64,000 nucleotides of DNA, from positions 279,787-343,786 of the forward strand of contig CAXULY010000001.1 of the NCBI GenBank assembly GCA_964252075.1, read 5' to 3'. A program made the translations under genes and the position numbers. The notes beneath the pieces are model-generated. The model was not told the DNA's origin, searched no databases, and saw nothing but the letters and a program-made list of their open reading frames with translations. Of the stretch, positions 12,943 through 25,699 are shown one piece after another. The DNA is from an uncultured Deinococcaceae bacterium. Lineage in GTDB: Bacteria > Deinococcota > Deinococci > Deinococcales > Deinococcaceae. Numbering within the stretch: the first letter of the stretch is position 1; each line of letters begins with the position of its first letter.

Positions 12943-13950
12943 GTGACCCTGACGCCTGCCGAACTGCAACGCACCCTGAGCGCGCTCGTCGCGCGGAACC
13001 TGAAGATCAGCGCCATGATCTGGGGGCCGCCCGGCGTGGGGAAGTCCAGCGTGGTGGCGCAGGTGGCGCGCGAGCACGGGCTGGGCTTCACGGACGTGCG
13101 CCTCTCGCAGCTCGCGCCGACCGACCTGCGCGGACTGCCGGTGGCCGAAAACGGCGTGAGTCGTTGGTTCCCGCCAGAGTTCCTGCCCCGTGACGGGCGG
13201 GGCGTGCTGTTCCTCGACGAGATCAACATGGCGCCGCCCACCATGCAGGGCATGGCGCAGCAGCTCATTCTGGACCGCCGGGTGGGCAGTTACGTGCTGC
13301 CGGACGGCTGGTTCGTGTGGGCGGCGGGGAACCGCAAGGAGGACCGCGCGAGCGTGTTCGACATGCCCGCACCCCTCGCGAACCGCTTCCTGCACTTCGC
13401 GGTGCGCCCGGACTGGAACGCGTGGCGGGATTACGCGCTGCGGCAGAACCTCGCGGAGCAGGTGCTGGCCTTCCTGACCTTCCGCCCGGAGCTGCTGCAC
13501 CGCCTGGACGACCTCTCCCCCGCGTGGCCCAGCCCACGCAGCTGGGAGATGGCCTCCGCCCTGCACGCGGGTGGCCTCGACGTGGCGCCCGCGGTGGGTG
13601 AGGCGGTCGCGGCGGAGTTCGGGGCCTTCGTGAAGCTGTACACGCACCTGCCAGACCTGTCCCTGGTGCTCGCGGGGCGCGGGGACGACCTCACGCTGCC
13701 CGCCGAGCCAAGCGTGCGCTACGCAGCGGTGGTGGGCCTCGCGGCGCGCGCGGAGGGAGCCGCGGAGGCGCAGCAGGCCTTCCTGTGGCTGTCCAGGCGC
13801 GGGGGCGCGGAGTGGCTGCAGCTGTTTGTGGCGACGCTGGTGCCCCGGTTGCGCTCGCGCGGGCAGCTGGGGGAACTCGCGGCGCTCATGAACGCGGACC
13901 CGCGCGTGGCGGCGCTGGTGCAGGACGCGCTGTCCCTCGCGGAGGGCTGA
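12943..13950 (+). CDS. MoxR-family AAA+ ATPase
   Basis: Walker A GPPGVGKS, Walker B LFLDEIN, AAGN sensor 1, LANRF arginine finger, SPRSW sensor 2. Confidence 0.88.
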   Translation: MTLTPAELQRTLSALVARNLKISAMIWGPPGVGKSSVVAQVAREHGLGFTDVRLSQLAPTDLRGLPVAENGVSRWFPPEFLPRDGRGVLFLDEINMAPPTMQGMAQQLILDRRVGSYVLPDGWFVWAAGNRKEDRASVFDMPAPLANRFLHFAVRPDWNAWRDYALRQNLAEQVLAFLTFRPELLHRLDDLSPAWPSPRSWEMASALHAGGLDVAPAVGEAVAAEFGAFVKLYTHLPDLSLVLAGRGDDLTLPAEPSVRYAAVVGLAARAEGAAEAQQAFLWLSRRGGAEWLQLFVATLVPRLRSRGQLGELAALMNADPRVAALVQDALSLAEG

Positions 13951-13954
13951 GCGC

Positions 13955-15088
13955 GTGACGGACCCCGACCCCTTCGCGCGCGCGGTGAGCGCGTCCCGCC
14001 TGCGCCTGCGTGCGCGCAGCGCGTTCTTCGCCACGCTGCTCATGCAGGTGGAGGTGCTGCCGTCCCACGAGGTGAAGGGCGCCGCGACGGACGGGGACCG
14101 CGTGTACCTGCACCCGGACACCGCCGCGACCCTGCCGGGTGAATCGCTGGACGCGCTCCTGCTGCACGAGGTGCTGCACGCGGCGCTCGCGCACGTGCCG
14201 CGCAGGGGCCCACGCGAGGGGGACCGCTGGAACCGCGCGGCGGACGCGGTGGTGAACGGCCTCGTGTCGTCCGCGGGCCTGCCCGTGCCGGAGGGCTCGC
14301 CGCGCCTCGCGGACCTGGAGCACCTGAGCGTGGAGGAGGTGTACGCCACGCTCGGGCAGGAGGACCGCCAGGACGACGGGGAGGGCGAGGGAGACGGTGA
14401 CCTGCTGGACGGCCCGCCGTCGGACGTGCCGCAGGCGGGCAAGGGGCGGCCCTCCCCTGGCGAGCTGGAGGCGCGCTGGCGGCAGGCGGTCGCGCAGGCG
14501 GACGCGGTCGCGCGCATGAGCGGGCAGGGCGACTCGCCGCTCGGCCTGTCGCGTGACTTCGGGCACCTGCGGCCCGCGCGCCTCGACTGGCGCACGCAGC
14601 TGTGGCGCTTCATGGCGCGCACGCCCGTGGACTTCGCGGGCTTCGACCGGCGCTTCATCGGGCGGGGCCTGTACCTGGAGACGCTGGATGACGAGTCCTT
14701 GCGCGTGCTGGTGGGCGTGGACACCTCCGGCAGCGTGGACGAGGCGAGCGTGACGGCGCTCATCGCGGAGGTGCGCGGCATCCTGGGCGCTTACCCGCAC
14801 GTGCGCGCGACCCTGTATTACGCCGACACGGAAGCCTACGGCCCCTACGACCTCGGGCCGGCCAGCGACATCCCGCCCGTGCAGGGCGGCGGCGGCACGG
14901 ACTTCCGGCCCCTCCTGAAACTCGCGGACGCGGGCGACGCGGACGTGATGGTGTACCTGACGGACGGCTTCGGGGACTTCCCGGAGCGCGCGCCGCGCGT
15001 GCCCGTCCTGTGGGCGGTGACGCCGGGCGGGCTGGACAGCGCGCAGTTCCCCTTCGGTGAGGTCGCGCGCATCGGGGAGGACGCATGA
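13955..15088 (+). CDS. Putative metallopeptidase-vWA fusion (DUF2201-like)
   Basis: AATDG..LLHEVLH (HExxH) and N.AAD..VN in the N-terminal domain; MIDAS motif DTSGS, GGGTDF, YLTDG in the C-terminal domain. Confidence 0.85.
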   Translation: MTDPDPFARAVSASRLRLRARSAFFATLLMQVEVLPSHEVKGAATDGDRVYLHPDTAATLPGESLDALLLHEVLHAALAHVPRRGPREGDRWNRAADAVVNGLVSSAGLPVPEGSPRLADLEHLSVEEVYATLGQEDRQDDGEGEGDGDLLDGPPSDVPQAGKGRPSPGELEARWRQAVAQADAVARMSGQGDSPLGLSRDFGHLRPARLDWRTQLWRFMARTPVDFAGFDRRFIGRGLYLETLDDESLRVLVGVDTSGSVDEASVTALIAEVRGILGAYPHVRATLYYADTEAYGPYDLGPASDIPPVQGGGGTDFRPLLKLADAGDADVMVYLTDGFGDFPERAPRVPVLWAVTPGGLDSAQFPFGEVARIGEDA

Positions 15089-16353
15089 CGGCGGGCGGAA
15101 CGCTACCCCCCGAGGCCACCGCCGAGCAGCTGCGGCAGGCGGCCCTGGGGCGCGACCCGCGCGTGCTGCGCGAGGTCACCGCGCACCCGAACGCGCCGCT
15201 GGACCTGCTGACGGACCTGGGCGCGCGTTTCCCGGACGCGCTGCTCGCCAACCCCGCCCTGACGCTCTTGCGCCTAGAGCGGCCCGGCCTGCTGCGCGAG
15301 TGGCCGGACGACACCGTGCGCGCACTCTTGCGCCTCCCGGACGCGCCCACCTGGGTGCTGGACGGCGCGGCGGGCCACGCGAGCGACACCGTGCGCCGCG
15401 ACCTCGCCGCGCACCCGAAACTTCCCGAGGGGCGGGTGCGGCAACTCAGCACGGACACCTCGTGGCTGGTGCGCGAGGCCATTGCGGGGCGCCCGGACCT
15501 GCCCGCCGAGACCGTGGCGCGCCTCGCCACCGACGACGATTACGACGTCCGCAAGGCCGTCGCCGCCCGCCCCGACCTGCCGGACGCCCTGCTGCGCCGC
15601 GCGGCGACCGACGACCAGCCCGCCGTGCGCGCGGTCGTGGCGCGGCGAGGGGACACGCCGCTGGACCTCGCGCTCTCGTTCCAGCACGACCCGGAGGAGT
15701 CCGTGCTGGCGGCGCTCGCCACGCGTTTCGACCTGCCGCGGGAGGTGCGCGAGGCGCTCGCCACGCACCCCGCCGCCCTGGTGCGCGCGCACGCGCTGAT
15801 GGCGTGGCTGGTGCCGCCCGAGTGGCTGGCCCGCGCGCTGCTGGACGAGTCGGGCGAGGTGCGCGCGGCCCTCGCGCGCCGCCCGGAGCTGCCCGCGGGC
15901 CTCGCCGTCGCGCTGGCCGCCGACCCGGAGGCGGAGGTGCGCCGCGCGCTCCTCGACCGCGACGACCTCACGCCCGAAGCCTTCACGCAGCTCGCGCGCG
16001 ACCCGGAGGTGGACATCCGCCAGGGCATCGCGAGCGCCGCCGAGTTGCCCACCGCGGCGCTCGAACAGCTGATCGAGGACCCCGCCCTGCCCATCCGGGT
16101 GGTGCTCGCCGTGCGTCCGGACCTCACCGAGGCGCAGCGCGCGCGCCTCAGCGCGGACGCCCACCCGGACGTGCGGCGCGCGGTGGCCCTCGCGCCGCAC
16201 TGCCCCCCGGCGTTGCTCGCGCGGCTCGCGGGGGACGCCAGCGCGGGCGTGCGCCGCGCCGTCGCGGCGCACCCGAACCTGAACGAGGAGATTCTCATGG
16301 CCCTGCGCGAGGACCGTGACGCGGGCGTGCGCTTGCTGCTCGACGCGCGCTGA
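15085..16353 (+). CDS. Leucine-rich-variant (LRV)/HEAT-like repeat protein
   Basis: Twelve consecutive 26-aa repeats, consensus D...VR.A.A.RPDLP...L..LA; ATGA overlap with the vWA gene. Confidence 0.8.
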   Translation: MTAGGTLPPEATAEQLRQAALGRDPRVLREVTAHPNAPLDLLTDLGARFPDALLANPALTLLRLERPGLLREWPDDTVRALLRLPDAPTWVLDGAAGHASDTVRRDLAAHPKLPEGRVRQLSTDTSWLVREAIAGRPDLPAETVARLATDDDYDVRKAVAARPDLPDALLRRAATDDQPAVRAVVARRGDTPLDLALSFQHDPEESVLAALATRFDLPREVREALATHPAALVRAHALMAWLVPPEWLARALLDESGEVRAALARRPELPAGLAVALAADPEAEVRRALLDRDDLTPEAFTQLARDPEVDIRQGIASAAELPTAALEQLIEDPALPIRVVLAVRPDLTEAQRARLSADAHPDVRRAVALAPHCPPALLARLAGDASAGVRRAVAAHPNLNEEILMALREDRDAGVRLLLDAR

Positions 16354-16362
16354 CCGCGCGCC

Positions 16363-17079
16363 TCACCGCTCGCAGGTGAGGTCCACGCGCAGGCTCGGGT
16401 CCCTCACGTTCCACGGGAGTTTCGCGCTGGTGGGCAGTTCACCCGGCTTGATCTGCCACAGCAGCTTGCTGGGCGCGCGGTCCTCGCTCGGGCCGTCCGG
16501 GTCGTGCACGCTCAGGGTGCCTTTCCAGACCCCGCCGGGCGGCAGGCTGGCGTACGCCAGTTTCTGGCCCGCGAGGAGGTCCCCGGTGCTCCACGTGAGC
16601 GGCGTGCCGTCCGCCGAAAGGACGCTCAGGTGCGCGTCGTCGGGGTTCAGGCCCCCGAAGATCGGCTGCAGGGTGGTGCCCGTGGCGTTTCGGACCTCGG
16701 CGTGCACGGTCCACTTCGGGTCGCTGGGGTCCGCGTTGAGGCGCAGGTCGCTGAGGCGCACGCGCCACACGCCATTGAAGAACGTCTGCCCGAGGCACCC
16801 GGAGAGCGCCGCCACCTGGTTCGCGCCGCCCGTGGTGCCGCCCACCTGACCGGCGGGCGGCGCGCCCCTCAGCGTGAGGTTGAGGGTCCCGCCCTGCTGC
16901 GTCACCCCCACCCCCGCCGCCCTGAGGGCGCTCACGGGCACGAAGGTCTGCCCGTTGATGCTGACGGTGTTCCCGGCGGGGCGACCATCAATGGTGAGCT
17001 TGAGGGTCTGCGCGGCGGCGGTCCCCAGCAGGAGCGCGGTGAGCAGGGCCGGGATGGGCAGGTGGCGGAATCTGGTCAT
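16363..17079 (-). CDS. Secreted hypothetical protein (stalk-like N-terminus, beta-rich C-terminal domain)
   Basis: [24 protein letters not shown] signal peptide and AAGGA RBS; only the last ~238 aa of the 1018-aa track ORF look real. Confidence 0.7.
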   Translation of the reverse strand: MTRFRHLPIPALLTALLLGTAAAQTLKLTIDGRPAGNTVSINGQTFVPVSALRAAGVGVTQQGGTLNLTLRGAPPAGQVGGTTGGANQVAALSGCLGQTFFNGVWRVRLSDLRLNADPSDPKWTVHAEVRNATGTTLQPIFGGLNPDDAHLSVLSADGTPLTWSTGDLLAGQKLAYASLPPGGVWKGTLSVHDPDGPSEDRAPSKLLWQIKPGELPTSAKLPWNVRDPSLRVDLTCER

Positions 17080-17210
17080 GGTGGTCCTTTCAGGCGGGAA
17101 TGGGGTCCCGCCCGCCCTCAGGGTGCGCCGCGCCCGGTCAGGGTCCGGTGAGGCGAGGAGGCACTTGCGCCGCTCGGCGCGCGGCGCGGGCGGCCTGTAT
17201 AGTGGGGCTT

Positions 17211-17296
17211 GCGCTGCGGCAACTGGCGCTGAACGTGGACCCACCACGGGGAAGCCGCAGGACACCCAATTCCTTGATCGCGCGCCTGGGTCGGAC
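17211..17296 (+). ncRNA. ZMP/ZTP (pfl) riboswitch
   Basis: CUGCGGC-AACUGGCG...GUGG-ACCCA-CCAC-GGGGAA-GCCGCAG, then a linker and CGCGCGCCUGGG; sits directly upstream of purH with a TATAGT -10 at 17198. Confidence 0.85.
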
Positions 17297-17325
17297 CCCA
17301 CCGGGGTCCATGCTGGGGGTTTCAC

Positions 17326-18828
<1,503 letters not shown>

Positions 18829-18829
18829 G

Positions 18830-19702
18830 GTGACGCAGACGACGCAACTGCTGGAAGGCAAGAAACTCGCGCGCGGCGTGACGGCGGGCGTGAAGGACGT
18901 CATCGCGGCGTGGAAGGCGGAGGCGCGCGACCCAAAGCCCCACCTGGTGTCCGTGATTGCGTCCGACGATCCCGCGACGCTCGTGTACGTGGAGCAGAAG
19001 GCGCGCCAGGCGGCGCGGCTGGGCATCGCGTTCACGGCGCGCGCGCTGGGCGCCGGGGTGGGGCAGCTGGAGCTGGAGGCGGTGCTGCGCGCGTGCTCCG
19101 CCGACCCGGAGGTGCACGGTGTGACGCTGGAACTGCCGCTCGCGCCGCACCTCGACGCGGACCGCGCGCTGCTGCACCTCGCGCCGGAGAAGGACGTGGA
19201 GGGCCTCACGCCCGCGAACCTCGCGCTGGTCGCGGCGGGCCGCGAGCCGGAGGCGCTGCTGCCCCCCACCCCGCGCAGCGTGCGCTTCCTGCTGCGCGAG
19301 GTGCTGAACCTGGAGGGCGCGCGCGTCGCGATCGTCGGTCCGGGGCGCACGGTGGGGCGCCCCCTCGCGTGGATGCTGAACAACCGGGGCGCCACCATCA
19401 CGCTGTGCAACCTGTTCACACGCGACCTGGAAGCGGTGCTGGAGCCGCAGGACGCCGTGGTGGTCGCGGTGGGCCGCGCGGGCCTCGTGAGCGCCGGGCA
19501 ACTGCGCCCGCATCACGTGGTGGTGGACGCGGGCATCAACGTGACGGACGCAGGCGTGGTGGGCGACGTGGCGCCCGAAGCGGAGGGCCTCGTGCGGGCG
19601 CTCACGCCCGTGCCGGGCGGCGTGGGGCCCCTCACGAGCGCCCTGATGTTCCAGAACCTCTTGCGCGCCATCAAGATCCAGCGCGGCGAACCGGTGGAAT
19701 GA
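18830..19702 (+). CDS. folD: Methylene-THF dehydrogenase/cyclohydrolase family protein, divergent
   Basis: YVEQK, EKDVEG, DAGIN..GDV and [11 protein letters not shown] motifs; starts 1 nt after the purH stop. Confidence 0.8.
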   Translation: MTQTTQLLEGKKLARGVTAGVKDVIAAWKAEARDPKPHLVSVIASDDPATLVYVEQKARQAARLGIAFTARALGAGVGQLELEAVLRACSADPEVHGVTLELPLAPHLDADRALLHLAPEKDVEGLTPANLALVAAGREPEALLPPTPRSVRFLLREVLNLEGARVAIVGPGRTVGRPLAWMLNNRGATITLCNLFTRDLEAVLEPQDAVVVAVGRAGLVSAGQLRPHHVVVDAGINVTDAGVVGDVAPEAEGLVRALTPVPGGVGPLTSALMFQNLLRAIKIQRGEPVE

Positions 19703-19704
19703 AA

Positions 19705-19730
19705 GGGGGCGGCGTTTAGACGCCGCCCCC
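19705..19730. terminator. Hairpin terminator between folD and msrA
   Basis: gggggcggcgt-ttag-acgccgccccc. Confidence 0.65.
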
Positions 19731-19746
19731 TCCCCCATCCGTTTTT

Positions 19747-20283
19747 TCAGCTGGCGAGCAGGTGCGAGTACTGCTTGCGGAACTTCGCGACCTTCGGCGT
19801 GATGACCGCCATGCAGTACGGCTGCACGGGGTTGTTCGCGTAATAGTGCTGGTGGTAGTCCTCGGCGCGGTAGAAGGTGGTGGCGGGCTCCAGCGTCGTC
19901 ACGATGGGTCGGTCGAAGACCTGCGCGTCCGAGAGTTCCCGGATGGCGGCCTCCGCCTGCGCGCGCTGCTCGTCGCTGGCGTAGAACACCGCGCTGCGGT
20001 ACTGCGTGCCCACGTCGCCGCCCTGGCGGTTCAGGGTGGTGGGGTCGTGCGTCGCGAAAAACAGGCCCAGCAGGTCCTTGTAACTCAGCACGGCGGGGTC
20101 GTAGGTGATCTGCACGGCCTCCGCGTGCCCCGTATCGCCGCCGCACACCTGCCGGTACGTGGGGTTCTCCACGTGCCCGCCGATGTACCCGCTCACGACG
20201 CTCTGCACGCCGCGCACGTTCTCGAAGACCGCTTCGGTGCACCAGAAGCAGCCGCCCGCCACAATTGCCGTCTCAGTCGCCAT
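19747..20283 (-). CDS. msrA: Peptide methionine (S)-sulfoxide reductase
   Basis: GGCFWC, GHAEAV, HDPT and AEDYHQ motifs. Confidence 0.96.
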   Translation of the reverse strand: MATETAIVAGGCFWCTEAVFENVRGVQSVVSGYIGGHVENPTYRQVCGGDTGHAEAVQITYDPAVLSYKDLLGLFFATHDPTTLNRQGGDVGTQYRSAVFYASDEQRAQAEAAIRELSDAQVFDRPIVTTLEPATTFYRAEDYHQHYYANNPVQPYCMAVITPKVAKFRKQYSHLLAS

Positions 20284-20443
20284 GCAACCAGTATCCGCTC
20301 ATCCAGCGCGCCTCACCGGATGGCTGTGCACGATGCCGCGCCGAACCACGACATCTGCGCTTCCCTTGTGGCGCTCGCTGCGCCTTCCCCATGCCCTCAG
20401 CATCCAGTGCGGTCCGCACGCGGTGCATTCCCCGTCACGGCAG

Positions 20444-21202
20444 TCAGTGCACGAACACCAGGCGCGCCGTGACGAGCAGCACCACCGCGCCGTACACGAG
20501 GCGCACGAAGGCGCTGCCGCGCAGGATCGCCATGTGCGAGCCCAGGTACGCGCCCGCGGCGTTCGCGAGGCCCATGGGGAGGCCGATCCACCACACCATC
20601 GCGCCGCTCGCGAGGAAGTACGCGAAGGCGCCGATGTTCGTGGTGAAGTTGATGACGCGCGCGTTGCCGCTGCCGCGCACGAAATCCAGGTGCAGGAACT
20701 GCACGAACACGAACATCAGGAAGGTGCCCGTGCCGGGGCCGAAGAAGCCGTCGTACATGCCGATCACGAGCGCGGCGGGCAGCGCGATGGCGAGCGTGCG
20801 GACGCTGAGGCCCGCGTAGCGCCCCTCCCGGCCCAGCCGGCGGTTGAACACCACGAGCGCGCCGACCAGCAGGATGAGCGCCGCGATGATGAACTTGAAG
20901 GCCGCCTCGTTCGTGAACCCCAGCACGAGGCGCGCGCCGACGGCACTGCCGATCAGCGCGAGGGGCGCCATGCGCCAGATCAGTGCCCGGTCCACGTGGC
21001 CGCGCCGCCAGTACTGCATGCTGGCGCTCGCGCTGCCGAAAATCGCGATGAGTTTGTTCGTGGCGACCGTCTGCCCCGGCGAGAGGCCCATGAAGAACAA
21101 CGTGGGGAGCGTGATGGTGCCGCCGCCACCCGCGACGGCGTCCACGAAGCCAGCCAGGAAGGCGAGGGGAATGCCGTAGAGCAGCACGTCGGGACCGGGC
21201 AC
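20444..21202 (-). CDS. TauE/SafE (TSUP) family membrane transporter
   Basis: [16 protein letters not shown] and [10 protein letters not shown] motifs; start estimated at GTG 21202. Confidence 0.85.
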   Translation of the reverse strand: MPGPDVLLYGIPLAFLAGFVDAVAGGGGTITLPTLFFMGLSPGQTVATNKLIAIFGSASASMQYWRRGHVDRALIWRMAPLALIGSAVGARLVLGFTNEAAFKFIIAALILLVGALVVFNRRLGREGRYAGLSVRTLAIALPAALVIGMYDGFFGPGTGTFLMFVFVQFLHLDFVRGSGNARVINFTTNIGAFAYFLASGAMVWWIGLPMGLANAAGAYLGSHMAILRGSAFVRLVYGAVVLLVTARLVFVH

Positions 21203-21422
21203 GCAGGAAAAGCTAGCACACTGACCCGCCCGCTCTTGAAGTGCGTTCAGGGGCACGCCGCCATCATTCGACCCACTTAGGCGGTATCGGCCTGATGCTG
21301 ACCTTGGGCTCAAGGCGGCCCATCAGGGACGGCTACTCGCACTGCGACAGGAGCTTCCGCTCCCTGCGGGGACTGGCGCCTCCCTCGCAGTGCCCGCGCG
21401 TGCGCTGCTCTAGGCTCGGCGC

Positions 21423-21869
21423 ATGACCAAACTGGAGAAACCCACGGACGCACAACTGCGCGAACGCCTGACGCCCGAGCAGTACCGCGTGACGCAGCAC
21501 AGCGGCACCGAGCGGCCCTTCACGGGCGAGTACTGGGACCACTGGGGGGACGGCATCTACGTGGATGTGGTGTCCGGCGAGCCGCTGTTCAGCAGCCGCG
21601 ACAAGTTCGACGCGGGCTGCGGCTGGCCGAGCTTCGCGAAGCCGCTGGAGCCCGCGAACGTCGCGGAGTTGCGCGACACCACGCACGGCATGGTGCGCAC
21701 GGAGGTGCGCTCGCAGGGCGCCGACTCGCACCTCGGGCACGTATTCAACGACGGCCCGCGCGAGCTGGGCGGCCTGCGGTACTGCATGAACTCCGCGTCC
21801 ATGCGGTTCGTGCCGGTGGAGAAACTGGACGAAGAGGGGTACGGGCAGTACAGGCGGCTGTTCGAGTAA
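21423..21869 (+). CDS. msrB: Peptide methionine (R)-sulfoxide reductase
   Basis: GTERPF, GCGWPSF, HLGHVF and RYCMNS motifs. Confidence 0.96.
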   Translation: MTKLEKPTDAQLRERLTPEQYRVTQHSGTERPFTGEYWDHWGDGIYVDVVSGEPLFSSRDKFDAGCGWPSFAKPLEPANVAELRDTTHGMVRTEVRSQGADSHLGHVFNDGPRELGGLRYCMNSASMRFVPVEKLDEEGYGQYRRLFE

Positions 21870-21922
21870 GCGCATGGCGATGGGGGCGGGACCGTGACTG
21901 GTCCCGCCCCCGTCGTGTGCTT

Positions 21923-23161
21923 CTAGAAGGTGTAGCTCTTGGGGACCACCACGATGCCACTCTCCGTGACGGTGAAGCCGCGCGCGCGGTCCTCCTCGAC
22001 GTCCTCGCCGATGTGCGTGCCCGGCGGAATCGTGACGTCCTTGTCGATGATGGCGTTCTTCACGTGCGAGTGCCGCCCGATCTCCACGTTGTCGAACACC
22101 ACGCTGCTCTCCACGAGGGTGTAGGAGTGCGCGCGCACCGCGCGGCCCAGCACGCTGTCCCGCACGGTGCCGCCACTGATGATGGTGCCGCCCGCCATGA
22201 TGCTGTTGAAGGCCTGCCCGCGGCGCTCGGCGGCCTCGTGCACGAACTTCGTGGGGGGGCTGAACTCGCTGCTGGTGCGCAGCGGCCACTGGTGGTTGTA
22301 CAGGTCGAATTCGGGCGTCACGGAGATCAGGTCCATGTTCGCCTCGTAGTACGCGTCGAGCGTCCCCACGTCCCGCCAGTATGTGTTGGGGCCGTCCTGA
22401 CCGGGAATGGGGTTGGAGTGGAAGTCGTAGGCCTGCACCTGGTAGCCGTCGCGCAGCGCGCGCGGAATCACGTCGCTGCCGAAATCGAAGCCGCCCGTGT
22501 CGCCCTGGATGCTGGTGTGCAGCAGTTCCTCCAGCGCGCGGCGCGAGAAGATGTAGTTGCCCATGCTGGTCAGCACCGTCTCGGGGTTGCCGGGCAGGGT
22601 GCTGGGGTCGGGTTTCTCCAGGAACTCCGTGACCTTCCCGCGGTGGTCGACGTTCATGACGCCGAAGCGCTTGGAGTCCACGGCAGGCATGGGGTATGAC
22701 GCGATGGTCACGTCCGCGCGGGCGTCGCGGTGCGCCTGCAGCATGTGCTCGACGTTCATCTTGTAGATGTGGTCGCCGGAGAAGATGCAGATGTAATCCG
22801 CGCCGAAGTTGTCGATGAGGTGCATGTTCTGGTACACGGCGTCGGCGGTACCGCGGTACCACACGGGCCCGAGTTCCTCCATGCGGTACATCTGGGCGGG
22901 CACCAGGGTGATGAAGTAATCGCTGAGGAACGTGCCGAAGCGCCAGCCGCGCTGGATGTGCTCGGTGAGGCTCTGCGCTTTGAACTGCGTCAGCACGTAG
23001 ATGCTGAACATGCCGCTGTTGATGAAGTTGTTGATGGCGAAATCGATGATGCGGTACTTGCTGCCGAAGGGCACGGCGGGTTTGGAGCGCTTGAGGGTCA
23101 GGGGGCTCAGGCGGGTGCCCTGCCCACCGGCCAGAATCATGCCCAGGACGCGAGTATTCAC
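21923..23161 (-). CDS. glgC: Glucose-1-phosphate adenylyltransferase
   Basis: [25 protein letters not shown] and GDHIYKM motifs; AAGGAGG RBS before GTG 23161. Confidence 0.95.
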   Translation of the reverse strand: MNTRVLGMILAGGQGTRLSPLTLKRSKPAVPFGSKYRIIDFAINNFINSGMFSIYVLTQFKAQSLTEHIQRGWRFGTFLSDYFITLVPAQMYRMEELGPVWYRGTADAVYQNMHLIDNFGADYICIFSGDHIYKMNVEHMLQAHRDARADVTIASYPMPAVDSKRFGVMNVDHRGKVTEFLEKPDPSTLPGNPETVLTSMGNYIFSRRALEELLHTSIQGDTGGFDFGSDVIPRALRDGYQVQAYDFHSNPIPGQDGPNTYWRDVGTLDAYYEANMDLISVTPEFDLYNHQWPLRTSSEFSPPTKFVHEAAERRGQAFNSIMAGGTIISGGTVRDSVLGRAVRAHSYTLVESSVVFDNVEIGRHSHVKNAIIDKDVTIPPGTHIGEDVEEDRARGFTVTESGIVVVPKSYTF

Positions 23162-23339
23162 GAAGATGTCCTCCTTGAGTGCCAGTGTACACACGCCCCA
23201 TGTCGGCGCGGTGACGCCCGGTGAACGCAGCCCGGGGCGCGGGCGGCGGGGTCAGGGGGGCTTTTCGCGCGCCAGAGGGACTCCGCCCGTCCAGGGGTGC
23301 GCGCGTGGGTCCTGAGTTTTAATGAGCGCATAAGGACCC

Positions 23340-24628
<1,289 letters not shown>

Positions 24629-24629
<1 letters not shown>

Positions 24630-25699
24630 CAGGCGGGGCCAGCCCGTTCGGGCGCGGCGCCCGGCAGGAGCGCCAGCCCCTCCAGGTACCGGTGCGCCTC
24701 CACCTGCTGCACGGCCCGGACCTGCGCCAGCTCAGAGCGCGCCTGAGCGGTCTGCGGCGGGTGGCCTGCGGCCTCAGCGGCGCGCAGGGCCTCGGCGCGC
24801 GCGCGGGCCATTCCGTCCAGTTCGTCGTGCGCGGCGGCGTGACGCCGCAGGGCCTCCAGGCGCGCCCGCTGCTCGGCGGCCAGCCCGGACAGCACCTTCC
24901 GGTACGCGGCGCTCGCCTGTGCCGACACGGCGCGCGCGTCCGGGCCGGGCTGCTGGGCCAGCAACAGTTCGGCGCGCTGCACGTCCTGCCGCGCCAGGAG
25001 CGCCGCCTGCCCATCCCGCTCCCCCGTGAGTTCCGGCAGGGTGCGGCGCGCGGGGGGGTGCGGCGCGAGGCCCAGCGCGCCCAGCTGCTGCAGCACGCCC
25101 TCCACCTCCTGCACCTCCGCGCGGATGAGCGCCTGATGGTCCAGCGCGACCGCGTGCGCCAGCGCGGCGCGCAGGGCGTCCCGCCGCAGCACCGCGAGGT
25201 GGTACTCGGCGGCCACTTCCGCCACGGCATGCTCGGCGCGCAGGCGGCGCAGTTCGCGCTCGGCGCGCTGGCGTTCGGCGTCCGCGGCGGTCACCTCGGC
25301 GGTGTGGCGCGCCAGCAGCCGCGCGTCCTCGGGCGCGCGCGGGTCGCGCTCCAGGCGGGCGCAGGCCGCCGCCTGCGCGCGGATGACTGCGAAGCGCAGC
25401 GTGACGTCCTCCGCGGCGGTGTGTGGGCTGGGCGGCGGGGGCGCCGTCACCCGTCCGGTCGCGCCCACTGCCCCCGCGTGCAGGTCGCGGGCGGCGCGCT
25501 CCAGCCAGGCTTCGGCCACCTCCGCCGGCAGTTCCTGCGCGAGGCGCGGCCACACGTCACGCAAGGCCACCAGCGCCTGCTCGGCGCTGAGGTCCTCGGG
25601 GAAGCCGCGGTGGCGGAGGGCCTCCCCCACCGCCTGCCGGGCCGCGTGCGCGGGCAGCACCTCTGCGGCGCGCGCGCGCAGCCACCCCGCGAGGCTCAA
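24629..25699 (-). CDS. Hypothetical alpha-helical/coiled-coil protein
   Basis: Fills the gap between trmH and arsB and overlaps both (TTGA, TGATG); start estimated. Confidence 0.6.

Noticed and set aside
11998..14781. 927-aa minus-strand ORF opposite the reductase/MoxR/vWA genes
   Set aside because: Arg/Ala-rich shadow frame with no motifs; the plus-strand genes explain the region.
23316..23332. AT-rich TTATGCGCTCATTAAAA (minus strand) as an RDRM
   Set aside because: The right half mismatches the motif at several positions; it is more likely part of the glgC promoter.
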